Shown here: positions 9,801-18,900 of the stretch, in pieces
How the letters are laid out: the number at the start of each line of letters is the position of its first letter
Position numbering within the stretch: the stretch's first letter is position 1
NCBI GenBank assembly: GCA_039917105.1
Contig: JBDSKE010000251.1
Location: forward strand, 16,035-80,034
Reading direction: 5' to 3'
From: Candidatus Eiseniibacteriota bacterium
GTDB taxonomy: Bacteria; Eisenbacteria; RBG-16-71-46
DNA: 64,000 nucleotides
Position numbers and translations under genes: made by a program
Notes under the pieces: model-generated
What the model was told of the DNA's origin: nothing
What the model saw: the letters and a program-made list of their open reading frames with translations, nothing else
The model's database searches: none

Positions 9801-10642
9801 GTCCGCGGCGCATCGAGCAGGCGGCCCGAGGTGAGCCGCGGCTGCAGTGTCACGCTCACGGAACCGTCCGGGTGCGCAATCAGTCCGAGCAGCAGGCGAA
9901 GACGCCGCGGCTGCTCCCCGCTGCTGCGCGACCAGCGGTCGAGGGAATGCAGCACTTCCCGCCGCTGGCGCTCCTCGAGCTGCAGCACCAAGTCGGCTCG
10001 ATCGAAGTAGGGCGCGAGCAACGGATGCACCCGGCCATGATCGGCGGCGGCGATGGCGCGGGCCAGATGATGGCAGCGCAGATCGGGGTCGGGCTCGGCC
10101 ACCAGGTCATGCAGGCCAGCGCCAGGCAATACGAACGCATCCAGACCCATCTCGCGCAAGAGATCCAAAGCGGCGTGGTGGCGCTCGTACGGAGGTCCCT
10201 CGCGCAGACGTGTGAGGGGGTCGCGCTGCGACGCGGTGCCACTCGCGGCGGACGGCCCGCCCGGACGCCACTCGACCGGCAGGCTCTCATCCAGCGCATC
10301 GCGCTTCTGCAATCCATCGCGACGCGACGCACCCGCGACCAGCAGTCCGAGCGCGAACGCATGCTTGCACCACGGCGCGCTGGGGCATGAGCAAAGCGGC
10401 GCCCAAGCGGTCTCGGCCCAGCGCCAACGCGTCTGGTAGAGGCGTGAACCCTTCACATCGGCCGAGATGACATCGGAATCGAACGTCAGGTCCGACACAC
10501 TTCCGCCGCGCGCATACTCGGACCCACGCACCTTGAGGTAGCGAGGAAAGGTCACGAGCGTGTCGAACAGGGCGTCGCGCTGCTCGGGGGTGAGCGCAGT
10601 CGCGATATCGGTGGGCAACGAGACCATAGGGTGCGGGCTCAC
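6812..10642 (-). CDS. SNF2-family helicase/ATPase with N-terminal SWIM zinc finger
   Basis: N-terminal CSCPSAPWCKHAFAL (SWIM CxC...CxH); SNF2_N motifs ADDMGLGKT, DEAQHIKNP, LALTGTPLENR; helicase C-terminal domain with QAIDRTHRIGQ; GTG start at 10642 uncertain (no clear SD). Confidence 0.85.
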   Translation of the reverse strand: MSPHPMVSLPTDIATALTPEQRDALFDTLVTFPRYLKVRGSEYARGGSVSDLTFDSDVISADVKGSRLYQTRWRWAETAWAPLCSCPSAPWCKHAFALGLLVAGASRRDGLQKRDALDESLPVEWRPGGPSAASGTASQRDPLTRLREGPPYERHHAALDLLREMGLDAFVLPGAGLHDLVAEPDPDLRCHHLARAIAAADHGRVHPLLAPYFDRADLVLQLEERQRREVLHSLDRWSRSSGEQPRRLRLLLGLIAHPDGSVSVTLQPRLTSGRLLDAPRTGQQLETLAAELRRDPGLLSPPQARLLRMLIGGEFRFAFTSSTEPHELNGPQLDVLLDRAIDSPFVVWGEALAAELASRCGLKSGDRLEVHEESLALRPECVRVEGELQLRLSLVWPDGRSRPFSEVVRVPGERTELGYRTSVVLAAGAFHRVHEEPPPEVVRVLSERDGLPLRREDREVLEHLAERFSSVREAIRPFTRIHHALPVVCLDLRDSDWLQFRVFAHAGAGDWDPTKGLASGEVLFEWTPLGGWERIPDVAVLAESGALDAPEVPEASAEDSVADGDDGLGPALMDASSLAEVAPLPAFPVTDDPWLEQPDLERLRGLSEWLGPLPLLSAGKRAPGGSAPPEHDVMIGAWLRVSARTAEVLLRSWNSRPPGVRWFGNRAARRLLDGARVVRPSVKVASSGIDWFEVSADWEAEGLTLTQQDLARLRSSREPLVKLASGWVRREIAQAADAAAETLADMGVEMGAGTQRVTVWQLAQASEASLAALERMGVGEDAVAQLRQLRSRVTQFEGLPQLPPPAGLQATLRPYQQEGFEYLTWTTSTGLGAVLADDMGLGKTVQALAWIEHLRATTPNAAPTLVVCPASVVHNWVREAARFTPGLRVLALEGASRHELRRGIGEYDLLITNYTLLRRDAEYWRELPLRAAILDEAQHIKNPAAAVTKAALSLQTQHRLALTGTPLENRALDLWSILSFVNPGYLGSRTAFVARYDGPEAPPYTRRLLAAKLRPVMLRRLKSQVAQDLPPRIEERIDCELTPGQRKLYLSELTRARGLVRSLHEGPGGLQEKRFEVLASLTRLRQICCHPALAGGKRALGSGKFTELFELLEELLAEGHKVLVFSQFVECLKLLREELVERSIPLHWLTGETTGRGDVVDAFERDERPCVFLLSLKAGGTGLNLTAASHVVLFDPWWNPAVEAQAIDRTHRIGQKSTVIAFRMLTAGTVEERIFELQQRKADLARDILGEETFARRLTADDLEQLLRDEPVESPA

Positions 10643-10865
10643 TCGGGGTAAAAGGCATCAGGCGGCGGCTGGCGCGGAACGCGGCACCATAACACAGCGG
10701 CTGAATGAGAAAGTCCGAGCGATGGCAAGAACTGCGGAAAAACCACGAAAGCGCCTTCTTGGCGGCTGACTTTCCTACGAGTGCTGCACGCCGTAACCTC
10801 CACCTCATTCGAAAGTGATCGCGCACGCCTGCCGCGTTGCGCGCAGCCCATACACGGAGGCCGCT

Positions 10866-12821
10866 GTGTCGGAGGATATCCACCCGGTGAAGCCGCAGAT
10901 CCGCGATCGCGCGCATCTGAAGGGTATGGAAGCATACGAACAGCTCTATCGTCGCTCGCTCGAGGATCCCGAAGCTTACTGGGCCAAGCAGGCCGAGCGT
11001 ATCGACTGGTTCCACCCGTGGCACTCGGTGTTGGATGCGGACTATCAGGAAATCGACTTCGCGTGGTACTCGGGCGGCCGCGTCAACGCCTGCTTCAACT
11101 GTGTGGATCGACACCTGGCCGTTCGGGCCGAGCAGACTGCGATCATCTGGGCGGCCGACGAACCCGGCGTGTACCGCCACATCTCGTACCGCGAACTGAA
11201 GCACGAGGTCTGTCGCCTTGCGAATGTGTTGTTGGCGCGTGGCGTCCGCAGGGGTGACCGAGTCTGCATCTACATGCCCATGGTGCCTGAGGCCGCATAC
11301 GCCATGCTCGCGTGCGCGCGCATTGGCGCGGTGCATTCGGTGGTGTTCGGCGGCTTCTCGGCCGAATCATTGCGCGACCGCATCGTGGACGCCCAGTGCA
11401 AGGTGGTGATCACCGCCAACGAAGGCATGCGCGGCGGCAAACACATCCCCCTCAAAGCGATCACCGATAAGGCGATCGAAGGGATGAGCTTGGTCGAGAC
11501 GGTGCTTGTCGCCCGCCGCACCGACCACGAAGTGCCGATGGTCGCGGGGCGCGACCACTGGCTGGATGAGGAGATGGCCCGGCAACGCTCGACGTGCACG
11601 GTGGAATGGATGGGCGCAGAGGACCCCTTGTTCATCCTCTATACCTCGGGCTCGACTGGAAAGCCCAAGGGCTTGCTGCACACGACGGGTGGGTACCTGG
11701 TCTACGCCGCCACGACCCACGAGATGGTATTCGACTATCACGCGGGCGATGTGTACTGCTGCGCCGCCGACGTCGGCTGGATCACCGGCCACACCTACAT
11801 CGTGTATGGCCCGCTCGCCAATGGTGCGACCACCGTGATGTTCGAGTCCATCCCCACCTACCCCGACGCCGGTCGGTATTGGCGCATGGTGGACGACCTT
11901 GGGATCAACATCTTCTACACCGCGCCCACCGCATTGCGCGCGATCGCGCAATCGGGAGACGAGCCAGTGAAGCGCTACCGGCGCGATTCACTGCGCATCC
12001 TGGGATCCGTGGGGGAACCGATCAACCCCGAGATCTGGCGTTGGTACCACGACGTGGTGGGCGAGGCGCGGTGCGCCGTGGTCGACACTTGGTGGCAGAC
12101 GGAGACCGGCGGCATCATGATCTCGCCGCTACCCGGCGTGACACCCACCAAGCCGGGCTCCGCCACTTTGCCGCTGTTCGGGATCAAGCCCGTGATCGTG
12201 GATCCCGAAAAGGGCACGGTGCTCGAAGGCAACGGTGTGAGCGGGGCGTTGTGTCTGGCCACACCGTGGCCTGGCCAAGCCCGTACGGTGTACGGCGACC
12301 ATGAACGCTTCAAGAACACTTACTTCACGCAATATCCTGGTTACTACTTCACCGGCGATGGCTGTACGCGTGACTCCGACGGCTATTATTGGATCACTGG
12401 GCGCATCGACGACGTGCTCAACGTCTCGGGCCATCGGCTGGGCACCGCCGAGGTCGAGAGTGCGCTGGTCGCGCATGAAGCCGTGGCCGAGGCGGCCGTG
12501 GTGGGCTATCCGCATCCCATCAAGGGCCAAGGTATCTACGCCTACGTGGTCCTCAACAACGGCTACGCCGGCGCCCGAGGCGCCGAGTTGCAGGGCGCGC
12601 TCAAAAAACAGGTCCGCACTGCAATCGGGGGGTTCGCTGCGCCCGACATCATCCACATCGCCCCGGGTCTGCCCAAGACCCGCTCGGGCAAGATCATGCG
12701 TAGGATCCTGCGCAAGATCGCGTCGAGCGAATACACCGGGTTGGGTGACATCACCACCTTGGCCGAACCCGAGGTGGTGGAACGATTGATCGAGCAGCAC
12801 CAGGCCCAGGTGGGCGCGTGA
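10866..12821 (+). CDS. acs: acetyl-CoA synthetase (acetate--CoA ligase)
   Basis: Full-length similarity to Acs ([14 protein letters not shown]-binding motif, C-terminal [11 protein letters not shown]); start moved to GTG 10866, preceded by ACGGAGG at 10854-10860 (ORF-track start 10815 lacks an RBS). Confidence 0.9.
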   Translation: MSEDIHPVKPQIRDRAHLKGMEAYEQLYRRSLEDPEAYWAKQAERIDWFHPWHSVLDADYQEIDFAWYSGGRVNACFNCVDRHLAVRAEQTAIIWAADEPGVYRHISYRELKHEVCRLANVLLARGVRRGDRVCIYMPMVPEAAYAMLACARIGAVHSVVFGGFSAESLRDRIVDAQCKVVITANEGMRGGKHIPLKAITDKAIEGMSLVETVLVARRTDHEVPMVAGRDHWLDEEMARQRSTCTVEWMGAEDPLFILYTSGSTGKPKGLLHTTGGYLVYAATTHEMVFDYHAGDVYCCAADVGWITGHTYIVYGPLANGATTVMFESIPTYPDAGRYWRMVDDLGINIFYTAPTALRAIAQSGDEPVKRYRRDSLRILGSVGEPINPEIWRWYHDVVGEARCAVVDTWWQTETGGIMISPLPGVTPTKPGSATLPLFGIKPVIVDPEKGTVLEGNGVSGALCLATPWPGQARTVYGDHERFKNTYFTQYPGYYFTGDGCTRDSDGYYWITGRIDDVLNVSGHRLGTAEVESALVAHEAVAEAAVVGYPHPIKGQGIYAYVVLNNGYAGARGAELQGALKKQVRTAIGGFAAPDIIHIAPGLPKTRSGKIMRRILRKIASSEYTGLGDITTLAEPEVVERLIEQHQAQVGA

Positions 12822-12869
12822 GGTTCGGCCGCCTCGGGCCCGCCCACCTGGCCGCGTTCCTCAACGCCA

Positions 12870-13712
12870 TCAGGATCGCACTTGCGAAGACCACGGGTCG
12901 AACATCGCGGTAGCCACATCGAGGCTCACCGTATCGGTCGCGAACTCGAACGTCCCTTGGTCCCGCATCTCGCGCGCGGCACCAAGGAAAGCCCCAAGCG
13001 CGGCGCGGCACAGCGCACTCCCGACGCTGACTCGCTTCACCCCGAGTTGCGAGAGCGCCTCCAGACTCATGGATCTCCCTTTCAACCCCACCAATACGTT
13101 CACGGGTCGATCGACTGAGCCGACGACGGAGGCGATGTCGCGCGCTTCCGTCAGTCCCGGCGCAAAAAGCACGTCAGCGCCCGCAGCTTGATAAGCCTGC
13201 AGCCGCTTGATCGTATCCGCGAGATCGGCTCGGCCGACCAGATGGTTTTCTGCACGGGCGGTCAACGTGAATGGGAAGGCAAGCGCGTGCGCAGCGTCGG
13301 CCGCGGCTCGGATCCGTTCCACGGCCAGGTCGTGTGCGTGAATCGGATTGTCCGGATCTGACGTGGAGTCCTCGATCGAGGCGCCCACGAGCCCCGCCTT
13401 GGCCGCAAGCCGGATCGCCTCTGCCACCATTTCGGGATCGTCTCCGAAACCGTTCTCGAGATCGCCGCTGACCGGCAACTCGGTGGCACCTGCGATGGCG
13501 GCCACATGGGCCATCATCCTGTCGCGACCAACCGAGTTGTCGCGCTGCCCAAGGGAGAGCGCAAACCCGGCACTCGTGGTCGCCAGCGCAGCGAATCCCA
13601 ACTGGGCGAGCATCCGCGCGGTCCCCACATCCCAAGGATTGGGCAGGAGGAACGCGCCGGGCCCTTGGTGCAGCGCACGGAAGTCCGCCCCCCTTTCTGC
13701 CTGCGTTCGCAT
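12870..13712 (-). CDS. isocitrate lyase/PEP mutase superfamily enzyme (2-methylisocitrate lyase / carboxyvinyl-carboxyphosphonate phosphorylmutase-like)
   Basis: FLLPNPWDVGTARMLAQLGFAALATTSAGFALSLG and later family motifs; start taken at internal ATG 13712, which overlaps the upstream stop (TGATG); the longer 13910 start would run through the upstream gene. Confidence 0.65.
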   Translation of the reverse strand: MRTQAERGADFRALHQGPGAFLLPNPWDVGTARMLAQLGFAALATTSAGFALSLGQRDNSVGRDRMMAHVAAIAGATELPVSGDLENGFGDDPEMVAEAIRLAAKAGLVGASIEDSTSDPDNPIHAHDLAVERIRAAADAAHALAFPFTLTARAENHLVGRADLADTIKRLQAYQAAGADVLFAPGLTEARDIASVVGSVDRPVNVLVGLKGRSMSLEALSQLGVKRVSVGSALCRAALGAFLGAAREMRDQGTFEFATDTVSLDVATAMFDPWSSQVRS

Positions 13713-14179
13713 CACAGGCCGGCCACCACGGCCGGCTCGTAGCCGCCCGGAACGAGCCGGGCCGAGATCGAGAGCCGATTCCACGCATTGACGGCGGCCA
13801 GCGCGAGTGTCAGATCGCACAATTCCTTCTCCGCGAAGTGTGCGCGCACTTGCTCGTGGATTGAATCGGGCACGTGCCCAGTCGAGATCAGGGTGACCGC
13901 CTCGGTCCACTCCAGGGCAGCCCGTTCTCGATCGGTGTAGTACGGAGCCTCGCGCCAGGCGTCCAGCGAATAGAGTCTCTGCTCGGTCTCATTGAGCGCT
14001 CGCAGATCCTTCCAGTGCATGTCCAGGCAGTACGCGCAGCCGTTGATCTGGGAGGCGCGAAGCCGCACGAGATGAAGAAGCGAATCCTCCAGCCCACATG
14101 TGCTCACGTACTGGTCCAGAGCATCCATTGCTTCGTACAGGCCCGGCGATGCTTTGGCGTAATCGAGACGCGGTTTCAT
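13712..14179 (-). CDS. carboxymuconolactone decarboxylase (AhpD-like) family protein
   Basis: INGCAYCLDMH (CxxCxxxH family core motif); start ATG 14179 preceded by GGAGG; 1-nt overlap with the downstream PEP-mutase-family gene. Confidence 0.75.
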   Translation of the reverse strand: MKPRLDYAKASPGLYEAMDALDQYVSTCGLEDSLLHLVRLRASQINGCAYCLDMHWKDLRALNETEQRLYSLDAWREAPYYTDRERAALEWTEAVTLISTGHVPDSIHEQVRAHFAEKELCDLTLALAAVNAWNRLSISARLVPGGYEPAVVAGL

Positions 14180-14250
14180 GTTGCCTCCGGTGAGTGAGGT
14201 CTGGGGATGAGTGGTCAAGCGACCACGACAGGATTGACGGTAATTCGTAG

Positions 14251-14279
14251 TTGACCAGTCGAAAAGGTCCATTTATGAT
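14251..14279 (+). promoter_or_regulatory. sigma-70-like promoter TTGACC-N17-TATGAT for the MocR gene, embedded in an inverted-repeat operator region
   Basis: ttgacc at 14251-14256 and tatgat at 14274-14279 with a 17-nt spacer, 22 nt upstream of ATG 14301; flanked by TTGACCAGTC / GACTGGACCA imperfect inverted repeat, with palindrome TGGTCaagcGACCA at 14212-14225. Confidence 0.45.
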
Positions 14280-14300
14280 ATTTTGACTGGACCACTTATC

Positions 14301-15797
14301 ATGCCCAAACGAGCCACGGTTTTCGAACTGACGTTTCCGCCGCGGGATGCCGGGGCAACCGCCTATCGCTGGCTGTGCTCGGCGGTCCGCGCCAGGATCC
14401 TCGAGGGCAGCCTGCGGCCAGGGATGCGGCTCCCCGGAACGCGCGACCTCGCCGAACAGCACGGGCTGTCGCGTGGAACCATCGTCAATGCGTTCGAGCA
14501 GCTGAAGGCCGAGGGCTACCTGGAGGGCCGTGTGGGCTCCGGGACTTTCGTGAGCGCGACTCTTCCCGAGCAATGGCTCGTGGTCCCACCTGAGCCCGGG
14601 ACACAGCCACTCGCCCGCGCGAGGCGCCCGCGCAGACTGTCGAGTTTCGCCAAGCGCGTCCGCTCGTTCCCTGTCCTGGAGGTTCGACCTTCCCGCGCAT
14701 TCCGGCCCAACCTGCCCGCGCTGGACCTGTTTCCCGCGGCACTCTGGGCTCAGATCACCGCCCGGTCGCTGCGCCATGCCTCGTCGAAACTGTTCACGGG
14801 ATGCGGACCGATGGGATATCCGCCCTTGCGCGCTGCGGTGGCCGATTATCTGAGGGCCTCGCGCGGAGTCCGGTGCGTCCCCGAACAGGTCGCAATCGTA
14901 TCAGGCGTGCAGGACGCCCTCGATCTCGTGGCGCGGCTGTTCATCGAGCCCGGCGACCGGGTGTGTGTGGAAGATCCGGGATACCCGGGCGCATCCATCG
15001 TGTTCGAGATGTTGGGGGCGAAAATCTCGGCGATGGCCCTCGATGAACAAGGAATGGTGCTGCACGCGCGTGGGCTTCGGGGAGCGAAGCTGGTGTATGT
15101 CACCCCGGCGCATCAGTTCCCCTTGGGAATCGCCATGAGCCTGCAGCGGCGTCTGGCCTTGTTGGACTGGGCTCGAAGGTCCAACGCGTTGATCTTCGAA
15201 GACGACTACGACAGCGAGTTCCGATACGTCGGTCACCCATTGCCGGCGTTGCAGGGGCTCGACCACGGCGGCTGCGTCCTGTTCGCGGGGAGCTTCAGCA
15301 AAGTGTTGTTCCCCTCGCTGCGGCTCGGATACATGGTGATTCCAACCGACTTGATCGCGTTGTTCGAGGCAACGAAGTCGGCGACCAGCCGTCACCCCAC
15401 ATTGCTGGATCAGGTGGTGTTGTCGGAGTTCATCACCGAGGGACATTTCGGGCGCCATCTGCGCCGGATGCGCGGGGTGTATGCAGAACGACAACGAACC
15501 CTGCTGGAGTTTGGGCGCCAGGAGTTGAAGGGCCTACTCGAGATCTCCAGCGTCGAGGCCGGGTTACAGACCGTGGGCTGGCTGCTTGCGGGAATCGACG
15601 AAGCCTCCGCCACGAAGGCCGCCGCGGCCCGGCAGGTGGAGGTCATGCCGCTGGGCCGGTTCAGCCGTGAGCATCCGACCCCTGCCGGATTGCAACTCGG
15701 CTTCGCGGCAATGGACCCGGCCGAGATACGCCGTGGCGTCCGCGAGCTTGGGGCGGCGCTCCGGGGCGTGAAAAGGTCAGGTTTTCGCGGCTCTTGA
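14301..15797 (+). CDS. MocR/GabR-type transcriptional regulator (GntR HTH fused to PLP-dependent aminotransferase-like domain)
   Basis: N-terminal winged-helix (LPGTRDLAEQHGLSRGTIVNAFEQLKAEGYL) and class-I aminotransferase-like C-terminus; divergent from the AhpD-like/PEP-mutase pair; ATG 14301 preferred over the TTG at 14283 used by the ORF track. Confidence 0.8.
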   Translation: MPKRATVFELTFPPRDAGATAYRWLCSAVRARILEGSLRPGMRLPGTRDLAEQHGLSRGTIVNAFEQLKAEGYLEGRVGSGTFVSATLPEQWLVVPPEPGTQPLARARRPRRLSSFAKRVRSFPVLEVRPSRAFRPNLPALDLFPAALWAQITARSLRHASSKLFTGCGPMGYPPLRAAVADYLRASRGVRCVPEQVAIVSGVQDALDLVARLFIEPGDRVCVEDPGYPGASIVFEMLGAKISAMALDEQGMVLHARGLRGAKLVYVTPAHQFPLGIAMSLQRRLALLDWARRSNALIFEDDYDSEFRYVGHPLPALQGLDHGGCVLFAGSFSKVLFPSLRLGYMVIPTDLIALFEATKSATSRHPTLLDQVVLSEFITEGHFGRHLRRMRGVYAERQRTLLEFGRQELKGLLEISSVEAGLQTVGWLLAGIDEASATKAAAARQVEVMPLGRFSREHPTPAGLQLGFAAMDPAEIRRGVRELGAALRGVKRSGFRGS

Positions 15798-15924
15798 CCG
15801 GATTCGTTCCCCGGGATGGGTCGGGGCCCGGATTCCTCTGGAGCCGCCCCGCCGAGCCAGCGTACCCTCGGGGGGAAACCATGTGCCCTGCGCCCTTGTC
15901 CCCGCATCCGAAGAGGCCCCCTTC

Positions 15925-18900
15925 ATGAAGCGCATGTTATCCGGCGCGCTCGCCGCCCTGATCCTGCTTTCCAGCTTCCCGCTCCGCGCGTTCGCACAGC
16001 CGCCGGGCGCGAACCCCATGAGCGCCAGGGGCGGATCCATCACGCCGCGTTCGTTCGAGTTCAACTCGCTGCCGGGCCGAAGCGGCGACCAACTCGGATT
16101 GATCGCGAAGCGCAAGCCCGAAGGGATCAATCGCGAGACCGAAGCGCGCGTCGAAGCCCTCAAGCTGCACCCGCAGGGCCTCACGCCCGATCGGCTCGGC
16201 CTGGTGACGCTGGACCGCACCACGGGCGTTCGGGGTTTCTCGGCGCAGGCCGACCTCTCGCCCCTTGCGCCGGCAATCAACAACGGTTTTGACGGCATCA
16301 CCCAAGGGCCCTACATCCCGAGCGAGCCCACGGTCGCCGCCGGAGCGCTCAACATCCTCTCGGCCGGCAACGTGAGCATCACCGTCACGAACAAGGACGG
16401 CACCAACAAGGTCGAGACCAACGGTGCAACGTTCTTCGGCGTCCCCGCCGCCGAAGGCGCCATCTCGGATGCGCAGTGCTACTACGACGCGCTACGTGGC
16501 CGTTTCGTGGCGCTGTGCTTCACGCAGGGCACAACGCCTAACTTTTCGTTCTTCTATCTCGCCGTCAGCAAGACCAACGATGCCCGCGGCGCGTGGTGGC
16601 TGTACAAGTTCGACATGACGCTGAACGGCGCCACCGCCAGCAGCAATTGGGCGGACTACCAGGCGCTGGGCGTGAGTGATGACAAGATTGCAATGACCGG
16701 CCAGATGTTCTCCTTCGCCGGCGATGCTTACCAGTACCAGAAGGTCCGCGTGCTCGACCGCGCCGGCGCTTACTCGGGCGCAACCCTCAGCTACGTGGAT
16801 TTCTTCAACTTCGCGGCCCCACCGGGCGGCGACATCGACGACCTGTTCGTGACCAAGGCCGCACGCAATCTGAGCGCCGGCGACAACACGATCCATCTGC
16901 TGTGCGTGCGCACTGCGGGCGGAACGAATGTGACCTACCGCACCATCACCGGCACGCCCGCAGCGCCCGCGTTGTCGGCGGGCACGCGCGTGACCGTGGC
17001 CACGTATACGCCGCCGCCCGATGCTGTGCAGAAGGGCAGCGCCACGCTGGTGCCCACGAACGACTGCCGCCCGACGGATTTCTATGTGCGGGGCGGCGTG
17101 CTCGTCTGCGCCTGGCATACTGCCGCGAATCTGGGCGGTCAGGTGGCGGCCCTGCGGCTGTTCCGCCTTCGGACCAGCGACCAAGTGGTCCTGACCGACG
17201 AGACCTATGGCGCAGCGGGAACGTTCTATTATTACCCCGCCGTGACGGTGGACTCGGTGGGCACGGTGTTCCTGGGCTTCGATCGTTCGAGCAGCACCGA
17301 ATACCCCTCGGCCTATGCCACCGGCAAGCGCCGAGGCGAGGCCACGCTGCAGTCCAGTGCGCTACTCAAGGCAGGTGTTTCGTCGACCTCGCAAACGCGC
17401 TGGGGTGACTACACGGGCATCGACAACGATGCGTCGGCATCGGGACCGAATGCGTCGGTGGCGTGGTATGCCGGTCAATACACCAAGGGCACCAACACGT
17501 TCGGCACATGGGTCAACAAGCTGACCTACAGCTACGGCCAGATCTCCGGGACGGTCGCCAACGACTGCGACGGAATCGCGGGGACAACCGCCGACCGAAC
17601 ACCATTGACTGGCTTCACCGTGACGCTCAAGCAGGGTGCGACCACCGTGGGCGCCACGATATCAGGAGCCGCGGGCGACTACTCGTTCGGTTATCTCGAG
17701 ACCGGGTTGTACGACGTGGTCGTCACCGCACCGGTCGGCGGCAGCACGGTCGACGCGATCGCCGGCACGGGCGCCACGTCACAGACGCGCGTGAGCGACA
17801 GCGACGTGCAGGTGAATCTCACGAACGCGCAGATATCCACGGGCAATGCGTTCGTCGTCAGCACCGCCCATACCACGGCGGCCACCACGAGCATCTCGCC
17901 GAACTCCAAGAACGTCGGTGATGGCGCGTTCCCCATGACCGTGAACGGTACGGGATTCCTGTTGTGCTCCGTCGTACGGCTTGACGGCGCGGACCGCGCC
18001 ACCACTTACGTCAGCAGTACGCAACTGACTGCGCAGATTCCGGCATCCGACATGCTGGCAGGCGCAGTGCGCAATATCACGGTGTTCCACACGGCACCGG
18101 GCGGCGGAGTCTCGAATGCGCAGACATTCACGATCGGCGGCACACCCGACACGCAGGCCCCGGTGGCGACGCTCACCTCACCCGCAGGCGGCGAGAGCTG
18201 GCCGGTGGGCTCATCGCAGAACATCACCTGGACGGCGACGGACGATATCGTCGTGTCCTCGATCGATCTGGCGCTGTCCACCGACGGCGGCGCTTCGTTC
18301 CCCACGACGATCGCCACGGCCATCGCCAATTCGGGCACATTTGCCTGGACCGTGCCCGGCACGCCCTCGAGTACGGCACGCGTACGTGTCGTGGCGCGCG
18401 ATGGCGCGAACAATCTGGGTTCGGATTCCACCCACACCAACTTCACGATCAGTGGCTTCCTGGTGACGGCTTCGGCGGGCGCCAATGGCACGATCTCACC
18501 CAGCGGCGCCGTCGCGGTGGCGCCGGGGGCGACGCCGTCCTACGTGATATCGCCGGCGGCCGGATACCACGTGCTCGACGTATTGGTGAACGGCGGCTCG
18601 GTGGGCCCAGTCACGAACTACACGTTCGCTGCCATCTCGTCGAATCAGACAATCGCCGCCACTTTCGCCATCAACCTCTACACGCTGGCCGTGACCGTGG
18701 TGGGGAGCGGCTCTGTGGTCAAGAGCCCTGACCAACCCACTTACGATAGCGGCACGGTGGTCCAACTCACTGCCACCCCGGCGGCTGGCTGGAACTTCAC
18801 GGGCTGGAGCGGAGATGCGAGCGGTATCACGAATCCGCTCGGCGTGACGATGTCCGCGAACAAGAACATCACCGCCACATTCACCCAACACATCTACACT

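Noticed and set aside
6812-10642. SNF2 helicase as a DISARM (DrmD) or BREX component
   Set aside because: No adjacent DUF1998, PLD-nuclease, methyltransferase, PglZ or Lon-like genes. The N-terminal SWIM finger architecture matches widespread stand-alone SNF2/SWIM proteins instead. A defence role is not supported by context beyond the HD-GYP speculation listed in findings.
15798-15836. Direct repeat CCGGATTC x2 upstream of the giant T9SS cargo gene
   Set aside because: Only 8 nt, 30 bp apart, in GC-rich DNA where such chance repeats are frequent. No flanking symmetry. Insufficient to call a regulatory site.
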